A stretch of DNA of 64,000 nucleotides from the IMG/VR virus record IMGVR_UViG_3300008119_000006. One strand, 5' to 3'. Position numbers and translations under genes: made by a program. The notes beneath the pieces were generated by a model that worked only from the letters and a program-made list of their open reading frames with translations, was not told the DNA's origin and did not search any database. This DNA comes from a virus. This document shows positions 37,521 to 46,225 of the stretch, piece by piece (position 1 is the first letter of the stretch; every line of letters starts with the position of its first letter).

Positions 37521-38003
37521 ATGACATTACCAGCCTCGGGACCCATAACCATATCCAATATCAATACGGAAATTGGCCAAGCGCCTACTTTTTCCTCATC
37601 TTTAAACTTTTTGAATGGGTTATTGAAATCGGCGCCAGCATCTCCTAATATGGCGGCCTTTTACAGTAAGGCATATTATCAAAGCAACAATGAAGGTAAT
37701 TGTAACAATGGTAATTGCTCTGAATCTGGCGGTCCAAACGGTAATTGTACAAGTAACTGTAATTGTGGGGACACAAATTGTAGCAATTGCTTAATTGCAG
37801 GTCCATCAGATTGTTCGAATTGTTCAAATTGTAATGCAATTAATTGTGCAAACTGTGATAGCCAACCATTTTTGCAAAATAATTGTAATTGTGCTTGTTC
37901 ATATAATTGTACACAAAACGCTCCGTCTTATAATTGCACCACCTCCACCGTAAGTTTTAACTGTGCGTGTGCTTGTTGGATTTGTGCTTGTGCTTGTTGG
38001 TAA
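37521..38003 (+). CDS. Cys/Asn-rich putative rSAM substrate (RiPP-like precursor or modified virion protein)
   Basis: Cys-free residues 1-60, then 23 Cys in residues 61-160, ending CACACWICACACW; directly upstream of rSAM/SPASM. Confidence 0.75.
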   Translation: MTLPASGPITISNINTEIGQAPTFSSSLNFLNGLLKSAPASPNMAAFYSKAYYQSNNEGNCNNGNCSESGGPNGNCTSNCNCGDTNCSNCLIAGPSDCSNCSNCNAINCANCDSQPFLQNNCNCACSYNCTQNAPSYNCTTSTVSFNCACACWICACACW

Positions 38004-38019
38004 ATAAAAAAGGATTATT

Positions 38020-39459
38020 ATGATATTTGAAATATATGCTGAAAAAAATTCTACTGATGGTAAGAAGTTTTACTATGATAATGTAAATTCAATTTTGAAA
38101 GATGAAACTGGTTTTGTTTATGAATATCCAGAAATAAAAAAACCTAATCTAAAAGAAACTGTACCTTTTTCGAAAGAAAATCCACTTAAAAAATCAAAAA
38201 ATATTGATTTGATTAAAATTCAATTAGGTTTATCTTGCAATTACACCTGTGACTATTGCAGTCAAAGATTTGTTGAAAGGCCACCAGAAACAAGCAAAAA
38301 AGATATTGAAGAATTTATGCGTAAACTGGACGCATTAAACATTACTGAAGAATCTGGTTTAAGAGTAGAATTTTGGGGTGGCGAACCATTAGTATATTGG
38401 AAAACTTTAAAACCTTTGGCCGAAGCTTTTGCTGAAAGATATAGCCATTGGAAAAAGAAAGTTAATTTCAGTATGGTAACCAATGGATCACTATTAACAA
38501 GAGAGATTTGTTCTTGGATCTACTACATGGGATTTAGTGTTGGCATCAGTCACGATGGTCCTGGCCAATATGTTCGTGGTCCTGATCCGTTTGATGACGC
38601 TGAGAAGAAAAAGATTATCTTGGAGTTTTATAACATCATGAGGCCACAAGGCAGAATTAGTTTTAATGCCATGTTGAATAATAAAAATATTGACCGTAAA
38701 GCAATTTATGATTTCTTTGCTGAGTTGACTGGTGATCCATCAGTTCCAATTGGTGAAGGTGGATTCATTGATGCGTATGATGATGCAGCAGTAAATAATT
38801 CATTAATTACATTAGACGAACACTTTAATTACAGAAGAAAATCTTTTGGCGATATTTACGCCTCCCAAGGCAGTATTAATTTTGGTATGGTCTTTACCAA
38901 AATTGATAATTTTATTAAAGGCACATTGGCTCATGTTGAAAACAAATATGTTGGCCAAAAGTGTGGTATGGAAGAACCAACAACAGTTGCACTTGATTTA
39001 AAAGGTAATATTGTAACTTGTCAGAACGTTTCTATCGTTGAGAATAGTAAGAATGGTGAACCACATTATGGTGGTAATCTAGATGATTATGATAATGTTA
39101 GCTTAACATCTGCCACACATTGGATGAATCGTGTGAGTTGTTCGGATTGTCCAGTTCTACATATCTGTAAAGGTTCTTGTATGTATTTGGACGGAAAACA
39201 TTGGGATGTAACTTGTGATAATGCTTATTCGGATGCCATTAGTTTATTTGCTTTGGCATTAGAAAAAATAACAGGTGGTTATATTCCTGTTACGATTAAA
39301 GGTGAAGGTTTACCTTTATCACGCCAAGATATTTTTGGAACAGTATATAAACATGAAGAAAAACCCACAAGAAAAATTATACCAATTAAAGTTGTTGCAG
39401 AAAAAATTGGTGAATTGAATGATGTGGAAATTTATGGAAAATCTAGAGTAGAGGTATAA
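38020..39459 (+). CDS. radical SAM/SPASM-domain maturase
   Basis: CNYTCDYC, FWGGEP, TNGS, SHDG; SPASM KCG...VTC...CSDCPVLHICKGSC...C. Confidence 0.92.
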   Translation: MIFEIYAEKNSTDGKKFYYDNVNSILKDETGFVYEYPEIKKPNLKETVPFSKENPLKKSKNIDLIKIQLGLSCNYTCDYCSQRFVERPPETSKKDIEEFMRKLDALNITEESGLRVEFWGGEPLVYWKTLKPLAEAFAERYSHWKKKVNFSMVTNGSLLTREICSWIYYMGFSVGISHDGPGQYVRGPDPFDDAEKKKIILEFYNIMRPQGRISFNAMLNNKNIDRKAIYDFFAELTGDPSVPIGEGGFIDAYDDAAVNNSLITLDEHFNYRRKSFGDIYASQGSINFGMVFTKIDNFIKGTLAHVENKYVGQKCGMEEPTTVALDLKGNIVTCQNVSIVENSKNGEPHYGGNLDDYDNVSLTSATHWMNRVSCSDCPVLHICKGSCMYLDGKHWDVTCDNAYSDAISLFALALEKITGGYIPVTIKGEGLPLSRQDIFGTVYKHEEKPTRKIIPIKVVAEKIGELNDVEIYGKSRVEV

Positions 39460-40131
39460 ATGTCGGTAACAATAACACCAAATTTACAAGAAAAAATTGA
39501 TTTTTTTGATAGTATGGTAAATATCACTAGTGTTGAGATTTATAATAATCCAATTGAATACAAACAATTGATTGGTGGTGTTGAGTGTTTTATGTTTAAG
39601 TTATTTAAAAATGAACATTTTATTGAATTGGTTATACCAAAAATATTTTGTTCAGAACCTCTTCCACAAGAAGTTATACAAAATAAAAGTCAAATTGATA
39701 TGTTGATGGAAGGTTATTTTGATAGAAAGTCTTGTACAGATAATGATTGTACATTGTGTATCAATACCGATTATTTGGATTCTTTTTATTATTTAAATCC
39801 AGAGACCGATATCATTGAACAAATTCATAAGGCCACAGCCATAACGGAAATTAGTGTGATACAAGCTCAATTGTTGGAAAAAATTAATGAATTTGAGTTT
39901 GTGGAAAATATTAAGTTATATAACAATAGTATCTCAAATTATATTGTTATTAATTGTGATATGAAACATTCAAACGATACAAATATCTTTACAAAATATT
40001 CAGGTACATTTCCAATTGAAGTTTGTGAAGATGTTGAACAACACCCCAATATAGTTGAAAAAATAAAAGAATATTATAATAATACTATGCCAAAAACTTT
40101 AGAAGAACACACCAACATTTTACCACTATGA
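39460..40131 (+). CDS. hypothetical protein within the modification cluster
   Basis: Coupled to both neighbours; CTDNDCTLC. Confidence 0.6.
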   Translation: MSVTITPNLQEKIDFFDSMVNITSVEIYNNPIEYKQLIGGVECFMFKLFKNEHFIELVIPKIFCSEPLPQEVIQNKSQIDMLMEGYFDRKSCTDNDCTLCINTDYLDSFYYLNPETDIIEQIHKATAITEISVIQAQLLEKINEFEFVENIKLYNNSISNYIVINCDMKHSNDTNIFTKYSGTFPIEVCEDVEQHPNIVEKIKEYYNNTMPKTLEEHTNILPL

Positions 40132-41651
40132 AATATACAATTATTGGTGGAGGTACGGCAGGATGGTTAACAGCTCTTTATGTTAGACATATTTGTCCAA
40201 AAGATGAAGTGGTTGTAGTTGCAAGTAGTGAGATAGGAATATTGGGTGCAGGCGAAGGTACTACACCACAATTCGTTGAACTGATGAACGAAATGAATAT
40301 TCCAATCTCTGATATCATTAAAAACGCCAAAGGTACATTTAAAAACGGTATTAAATTTACTAATTGGAATGGAGATGGTAGCCATTATTATCACGGGTTT
40401 CAAGATTACTTTAAGAATACCGATGAGCGAGCAAATGCCGATTTTAAACCATACTACTTGAATAAGATTTCATCTGGCGATTCATTCAATGATATCAATC
40501 TAACATCATATATTTCAGAAAAAAATCAAGTAAAAATACACAAAGAAAATTACGAATCATACGGAGCATATGCGTTACATTTTGATGCCAATCTATTGGC
40601 AAAACATTTACAGTCCGTTGGTCTAAAAAGAAATATTAAATTAATTGATGATGAAGTAATTTCTATTAATAATGATTCTGAAGGTTTTATTAAAAGTTTT
40701 GATTTAAAATCACAAGGATTAATGACAACCGATTTTGTGTTCGATTGCACAGGATTTAAAAGATTAATTATTGGTCAACATTATGGTTCTAAATGGAAAT
40801 CATACAAAGAGCATTTACCATTGAACCGAGCACTTCCTTTTTTCATTGATAATGATGGCGAAGAATTGCCACCATATACAGAATCAATTGCAATGAAACA
40901 TGGATGGGTGTGGAAAATTCCCGTGCAAGGTCGTCATGGGTGTGGTTATGTTTTCGATTCTAATTTTGTTTCAGATGAAGATATTATTAAAGAATTAGAA
41001 GAATATTTTGGCCACAAAATAACAAGCCCAAGAGCATTTAATTTTGATCCCGGTTGTTTTGAGGAGGTTTGTGTAAAAAATTGTGTTGCTATGGGTTTAA
41101 GTTCGAGCTTTGTTGAACCTCTAGAAGCAACAAGCATATGGGTAACTATTCTAATGTTAAAGAGTTGGGGAAACAACAAAGAAAAAATATTAGAAAAAGA
41201 CTTAAATATAATTAAAGACTTTAATGATTCTATGAAACGGACAAATTTAGATGTTTTAAATTTTATACACTTCCACTATAAAACAAAGAGAAACGATAGT
41301 GAATTTTGGATAAATTTTTCTACAAAAAATAAAATTCTACCATTTATTGAAGATTTAAATTTAATAATAAAAGATAATATAATTGAAAAACACAATTTAA
41401 CCTATCTAAATGATTTGGAAACAAACAGAATCAATCCAAGCATAAAACATATACCAATGTTTTCAGAAAGTAGTTGGTTACAAGTTGGATCTGGTATAAA
41501 GTATTATAGTTCTGAGATGGCTAAAAAAATATTAAACCGAGATTTTAAAGATTTTACAAAAACTGAAAATGATTTGACCGAATTATTTGAGTTAGAAAGT
41601 AGTTTTATGTTTCACCATAATGATTATATTGAGGAACTTAAAAATACATAA
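40128..41651 (+). CDS. flavin-dependent tryptophan halogenase family protein
   Basis: GGGTAG, GAGEGT, FKNGIKF (catalytic Lys), DCTGF, WVWKIP, FVEPLEAT. Confidence 0.9.
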   Translation: MKYTIIGGGTAGWLTALYVRHICPKDEVVVVASSEIGILGAGEGTTPQFVELMNEMNIPISDIIKNAKGTFKNGIKFTNWNGDGSHYYHGFQDYFKNTDERANADFKPYYLNKISSGDSFNDINLTSYISEKNQVKIHKENYESYGAYALHFDANLLAKHLQSVGLKRNIKLIDDEVISINNDSEGFIKSFDLKSQGLMTTDFVFDCTGFKRLIIGQHYGSKWKSYKEHLPLNRALPFFIDNDGEELPPYTESIAMKHGWVWKIPVQGRHGCGYVFDSNFVSDEDIIKELEEYFGHKITSPRAFNFDPGCFEEVCVKNCVAMGLSSSFVEPLEATSIWVTILMLKSWGNNKEKILEKDLNIIKDFNDSMKRTNLDVLNFIHFHYKTKRNDSEFWINFSTKNKILPFIEDLNLIIKDNIIEKHNLTYLNDLETNRINPSIKHIPMFSESSWLQVGSGIKYYSSEMAKKILNRDFKDFTKTENDLTELFELESSFMFHHNDYIEELKNT

Positions 41652-42307
41652 TGATTATTGAAAATGTTTTTGATAGTACAATCGTAAGAATACAATGTCA
41701 AAATGAAGAACTTTATCGTAATGAAGATTTAACAAAAAGTGTTGACCACGTTTTGAATATGCCTACGGTGAAAAACAGAAAACGAAATGACAAAGGCGAT
41801 TCACATAAGGGTAACGGTTTAACTTCTGTTGGTCAGTCATACTTAGATTTAATTCACTTACCTGGTGCTTCAAACTTAACCAATTGGATTACAGAACAAT
41901 TTCTTTTGGTACACAAACAATTAGGTGTTGACAAAGAAGTAAAATCGGTGTATTATAAAAGAAGTTGGGCAAATAGACTATTTCGTGATGGCCAAGGATT
42001 ATGCCATAATCATGTTAAACTGGATGAGTATATGTCTGAAATGACCCAATACTCACCAGAGAATTTTAGACCAGATGCCGTTGGAATTTTTTATGTTGAT
42101 GTACCAGAAGGCAGTTCAGATTTAGTTTTTATACGCAACGGTAAAGCAGATACATATATTCATGAATATGATGAATGTGATAGGTACTATTTAAAACCAA
42201 AACAAGGAGAATTAGTAATACATTCACCAGAAGTATATCATGCTGTTAGTGTCCATAATAGTGATTTGCCTCGTAATGTATTTGTATTCGATATAGATTA
42301 TGTTTAA
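41651..42307 (+). CDS. putative 2OG-Fe(II) oxygenase
   Basis: SWAN, HNH, GIFYV, YHAVS, RNVFVFD. Confidence 0.72.
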   Translation: MIIENVFDSTIVRIQCQNEELYRNEDLTKSVDHVLNMPTVKNRKRNDKGDSHKGNGLTSVGQSYLDLIHLPGASNLTNWITEQFLLVHKQLGVDKEVKSVYYKRSWANRLFRDGQGLCHNHVKLDEYMSEMTQYSPENFRPDAVGIFYVDVPEGSSDLVFIRNGKADTYIHEYDECDRYYLKPKQGELVIHSPEVYHAVSVHNSDLPRNVFVFDIDYV

Positions 42308-42953
42308 TTATTGTCCACCAAAAGTCCTTGCTGACTTAAAATCTGAAACCTTTCCTGATGGAAAGCGTTACTATACACTAGAAGATGGTACCAAATTACC
42401 TTCTGTAACTACTGTGCTTGGTGCCCAAAAGAAACAGGCCATTATGGAGTGGCGTAAGAGAGTTGGTGAAGAAGAAGCCAATCGTGTATCAAAGAAGGCA
42501 ACTAGTCGTGGTACCAATGTTCACACACTCTGTGAACGATATCTCAATAATGAATCATTGGGTGATATTATGCCTGATGCCAAAGAAATGTTTGTATCAT
42601 TGAAACCATTACTTAATCGAATCGACAATATTCATTACCAAGAGTGTGCCTTATGGTCCAAACAATTAGAAATGGCAGGTCGTGTAGACTGTATTGGTGA
42701 ATTCGATGGTGAACTATCTGTAATTGATTTTAAAACATCCAAGAAGATTAAATCAAGCGCAAACATTGAAGATTACTATTGGCAAACAGCTGCATACGCT
42801 TTGATGTATGAAGAAATGATTGGTACACCTATAAATAATCTTGTAATTATAATGGCGGTAGAAAATGAACAACCGTTGTTATTTAAACAACGGACACAAG
42901 ACCATATTCCTGGTTTGGTGAAGGCGATTAAATTTTACAAGGAACAAAGATGA
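42300..42953 (+). CDS. Cas4-like PD-(D/E)xK exonuclease
   Basis: PSVTTVL, RGTNVH, AGRVDC, IDFKTS, QTAAY. Confidence 0.88.
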   Translation: MFNYCPPKVLADLKSETFPDGKRYYTLEDGTKLPSVTTVLGAQKKQAIMEWRKRVGEEEANRVSKKATSRGTNVHTLCERYLNNESLGDIMPDAKEMFVSLKPLLNRIDNIHYQECALWSKQLEMAGRVDCIGEFDGELSVIDFKTSKKIKSSANIEDYYWQTAAYALMYEEMIGTPINNLVIIMAVENEQPLLFKQRTQDHIPGLVKAIKFYKEQR

Positions 42954-43387
42954 AAAACATTTTGATTGCATTATTATTGGTTACTTCAACAACAGTATTT
43001 GCACAGAAACAAAAAGAAGGCGTAACATATACTGCAACCATTACCAGAGTTATTGATGGTGATACTGTGGCATTTCAAGCACTATGGTTACCAGATCCAT
43101 TAAAGAAAGAATTATCAATTCGTGTATTTGGTGTGGACACTCCAGAAAAAGGCCATCGTGCGCAATGTCCCTCTGAAAATGAAAGAGGTCAAGCGGCCAC
43201 GGCATTTACCAAAAGCACTATCAATGCAGCCAAAACTCGCCAAGTGGTATTAATGGATTGGGACAAGTATGGTGGTCGTGTCCTAGGTGATGTATTGTTA
43301 GATGGTAAATCGTTGCGTTCCATGTTGATCCAACAAGGATATGCACGGGAATACTATGGTGGAGCTAAGGTCGGTTGGTGCCAATAA
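42950..43387 (+). CDS. thermonuclease (SNase-like), secreted
   Basis: Signal peptide, RVIDGDT, RVFGVDTPE, DKYGGRVLG. Confidence 0.88.
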   Translation: MKNILIALLLVTSTTVFAQKQKEGVTYTATITRVIDGDTVAFQALWLPDPLKKELSIRVFGVDTPEKGHRAQCPSENERGQAATAFTKSTINAAKTRQVVLMDWDKYGGRVLGDVLLDGKSLRSMLIQQGYAREYYGGAKVGWCQ

Positions 43388-43477
43388 AACGGTAATAATG
43401 CCAACGATGGTTGACATCTAAATAGTTTTATGTTACAATAGTTTCTTATTTCGTTAAAATAAGTGGTGGGTCGGAAA

Positions 43478-43609
43478 ATGAAAGTTAAAGAGTTAATTAA
43501 AAATTTATATGAGGCTGAAATTAAGCATGATACGCCATTGATTAAAAAACTATGGTTTAAATTGTTAAAGAAAAGCCTTAAGCATAAACATACCGAAGCG
43601 GTAAAGTAA
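43478..43609 (+). CDS. small basic protein (43 aa)
   Basis: ORF between a TTGACA...TACAAT promoter (43412) and the tmRNA. Confidence 0.45.
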   Translation: MKVKELIKNLYEAEIKHDTPLIKKLWFKLLKKSLKHKHTEAVK

Positions 43610-43900
43610 TTCGTAGAAGTTGTTTGAACGTTGTTGTGGACGTGGGTGCGATTCCCACCACCTCCACCAAAAGTATATTGACGAACCGAGTTATCGGTAG
43701 CAAACACACAATATAGTTGTGGCAATATACTTCTGATGGGGGTGCCTAGATTCGACATGGCAATAATTAGAACAATGGAGAATCGGCAGAGAAGCCGTAA
43801 AAACTATTTAAATTAAACGCAAACGATAATAAGTATGCACTTGCTGCCTGATAGGTAAGCGGAGTTTCGCCAGGTGAACTTAGCAACAGAATCACCTGGA
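43610..43900 (+). ncRNA. ssrA: circularly permuted (two-piece) tmRNA
   Basis: Acceptor piece ...GTGGG-TGCGATT-CCCAC-CACCTCC-ACCA (ends 43669) precedes GGGGGTG..TTCGAC (43738); G3.U70; tag ANDNKYALAA* at 43819-43851. Confidence 0.9.
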
Positions 43901-43966
43901 TAAATAAAACACCAGCAACACACAAACCGCTGGTAATACACATAAACACACACAAGGAGTAACAAT

Positions 43967-44239
43967 ATGACACCCTATGAAATTCGCCTAGAATTATTAA
44001 AGATGGCGCAAGGTTTAGTATCTGATGAGTATTCATACAACAGAAGCGCTAAACTAGAACAATGGCACACACAGGTCGAGGCAGCAAAGATTGCCGGTTT
44101 AGAGTCACCTGATATCCCCGAGTTGCCACCATTCCCCACAGAAACAGACATAGTTAAGAAGGCGGAAGCCCTCAATCTATTCGTTTCTCAAACCCCTCCA
44201 CAACCTGAAGTTAAAATAAAATCGAAATCAAATTCGTAA
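43967..44239 (+). CDS. conserved phage hypothetical protein
   Basis: MTPYEIRLELLKMA...P.E.DI..KA..L..FVS; AAGGAG RBS. Confidence 0.7.
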   Translation: MTPYEIRLELLKMAQGLVSDEYSYNRSAKLEQWHTQVEAAKIAGLESPDIPELPPFPTETDIVKKAEALNLFVSQTPPQPEVKIKSKSNS

Positions 44240-44289
44240 TTGGAGATGTTCGACCTGGTTCGCCAGGTCGGCCTTAACAAGGAGATATA

Positions 44290-44796
44290 ATGTTTCATCA
44301 CATTAAACAAGTGCTGGTCGGAATTTTGGCCGCCTCACTACTAATTTCAATACCTTCTATTTCACAAGAAATTAAGGATAATAATATCAAACAAGAAGTC
44401 AATGAGGACTTCAACAAACAATTAGACTGCTTAGCTAAAAATATTTACTTTGAGGCAGCCGGAGAATCTTACGAAGGCAAACTGGCAGTAGCACAAGTTA
44501 CCATCAATCGTGTTAATGATTCTAGATTTCCATCTACCATTTGTGGTGTGGTATATCAAAGAACATTAGGTACCTGCCAATTTAGTTGGACTTGTTTAAA
44601 GAATTTGGCAGTAAGAAACAAATACGCTTGGGAAGAATCGGAAATAGTAGCACGCAAAGCATTGACAGAACCAATATTACATGATAAAATAGCAAGCACA
44701 AATGCACAATTCTATCATGCAGTATATGTAAATCCTGGTTGGAAAAACCGAGTAGTGGCCAAGATAGGTAACCATGTATTCTATGCAAGAAACTAA
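44290..44796 (+). CDS. SleB/Hydrolase_2 cell wall hydrolase
   Basis: CLAKNIYFEA.GE, NRV, ICGVVYQ, QFSW, IGNHVFY. Confidence 0.88.
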   Translation: MFHHIKQVLVGILAASLLISIPSISQEIKDNNIKQEVNEDFNKQLDCLAKNIYFEAAGESYEGKLAVAQVTINRVNDSRFPSTICGVVYQRTLGTCQFSWTCLKNLAVRNKYAWEESEIVARKALTEPILHDKIASTNAQFYHAVYVNPGWKNRVVAKIGNHVFYARN

Positions 44797-44815
44797 TAAT
44801 TGAAAGTATAACATA

Positions 44816-45037
44816 ATGCCTACTAAAGATGAAATAAAACATTTTAGTGATTTGATTGAACAGGTTGCTAAGACAGAAAAATTGACCTTGATGGATGCAA
44901 TATGCCATCATTGTAAAGAAAGTGGTTTAGAAATCGAGGTGTCTGCCACATTAATCTCTGCCGCATTAAAGGCTAAGATTAAATTGGAAGCACAAGACTT
45001 AAATCTACTAAAGAAAACTTCTAAGCTACCAATATGA
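44816..45037 (+). CDS. gp33: late transcription co-activator gp33
   Basis: IE........MDAI.H.C....IE.....IS..LK.KI..EA..LN.L....LPI; before gp59. Confidence 0.8.
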   Translation: MPTKDEIKHFSDLIEQVAKTEKLTLMDAICHHCKESGLEIEVSATLISAALKAKIKLEAQDLNLLKKTSKLPI

Positions 45038-45654
45038 CCGAGAATACCGGTTTTGAAGCATACGCATTATGGAATGCCTTGAAGCTTCATTTTACTTCCG
45101 ATTCATACAACTACTTTAAATACAGCGGCAAGACCAATGTATCAAAGCAGTCGTTTACCACAAATAAATCCAAATACCAATTCTACAAGTTATCTCGCAA
45201 GTATGATTTGGAAGAATTGAAATCATTCTATGTGGCAAACTTCATAGAAGGTAAAGGTGATTGGGTTGGTGAATTACTACAAGATGGTGATGAGAACTAT
45301 GCCAAGTGGCAAAAACGGCAACAAAGCTTGACTTATACCTTTGAGAATGATATAATGTATTTGTTTGATTTGGTGGATGGTGCTGAATTTGTTAACCGTG
45401 ATGATATACTAAAGCCCATCGATGGCGGATGGCCAATGATTATCACAAAATTGATGAAGAATCAGGTATCGTTGGAATCAGTTTGTATATTGGTTGATTT
45501 GGTGGGTTGTATGCCAAGATGGGAAAAACAAATCACCGAAGATATTATTTGGCCAACACACAAACGATTAATACAAAGATATACACCATTTATACAATAC
45601 GATAAAGAAAAGTTTTTACATATTTTAAAGAAAAAGATACATGAACAGGCCTAA
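45034..45654 (+). CDS. gp59: helicase loader gp59
   Basis: ALKLHFT..YNYFKY.GK, KLSRKY, Y.F.ND; synteny gp33-gp59-gp32. Confidence 0.88.
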   Translation: MTENTGFEAYALWNALKLHFTSDSYNYFKYSGKTNVSKQSFTTNKSKYQFYKLSRKYDLEELKSFYVANFIEGKGDWVGELLQDGDENYAKWQKRQQSLTYTFENDIMYLFDLVDGAEFVNRDDILKPIDGGWPMIITKLMKNQVSLESVCILVDLVGCMPRWEKQITEDIIWPTHKRLIQRYTPFIQYDKEKFLHILKKKIHEQA

Positions 45655-46132
45655 CATTAAATGTGTTTATTTGGACATGGATGGAGTTATTGCTGATTTT
45701 GATAAGCGATATAGAGAACTCTATAACATGGCACCAAAAGATGCAGAGAAACACAAACAATTTGATAAGTTTTTTAGTGAGTTTATTGCTACACAACAGT
45801 TTGCTAGCCTAGATTTAATGCCAGGCGCAGCAGAAGGTTTGGAATATTTGAGAAAATCCAATGTACTTACTCAGATGCTTACCTCATCGTCAAGCGAAAA
45901 ACGCCATGATGATGTTTCTAAACAAAAAATGTTGTGGTTGGAAAAACACGGCATTACGTTTTACCCTATTATAGTACCAGGTAAAAGGTTGAAACAGAAC
46001 TATGCAGAACCAGATTGCATTCTTATTGATGATACTGAAATAAACATCACTCAATGGACAGCAAAAGGTGGTATTGGTATTCTACATAAAGACTGGCACA
46101 GTACTATGGCAATATTGCATATGTACATTTGA
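45641..46132 (+). CDS. HAD-family 5'(3')-deoxyribonucleotidase-like protein
   Basis: YLDMDGVIADF, ILIDD, W...GGIGILH. Confidence 0.82.
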   Translation: MNRPNIKCVYLDMDGVIADFDKRYRELYNMAPKDAEKHKQFDKFFSEFIATQQFASLDLMPGAAEGLEYLRKSNVLTQMLTSSSSEKRHDDVSKQKMLWLEKHGITFYPIIVPGKRLKQNYAEPDCILIDDTEINITQWTAKGGIGILHKDWHSTMAILHMYI

Positions 46133-46158
46133 CAAACGCCTAAATACTATGATATACT
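46129..46158 (+). promoter_or_regulatory. gp32 promoter (sigma70 + embedded late box)
   Basis: TTGACA-N18-TATACT with CTAAATA inside. Confidence 0.6.
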
Positions 46159-46225
46159 AGCAGTTGATTATGAGAAGTAATTTGATATATTCCGTTTATA
46201 CTCCGTTAATACGAAAGGTAATACT

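Noticed and set aside
37521-38003. Metallothionein or low-complexity artefact
   Set aside because: Not excluded, but the NC periodicity, the distinct N-domain and the adjacent SPASM enzyme favour a maturase substrate
42300-42953. Cas4 as part of a CRISPR system
   Set aside because: No repeat-spacer array or other cas genes seen; standard T4-like exonuclease
43354-44036. Minus-strand ORFs of 134 and 89 aa
   Set aside because: Antisense shadows of the tmRNA and neighbouring genes
44251-44270. Hairpin CGACCTGG-TTCG-CCAGGTCG as a terminator
   Set aside because: No U-tract; more likely an mRNA-stabilising hairpin
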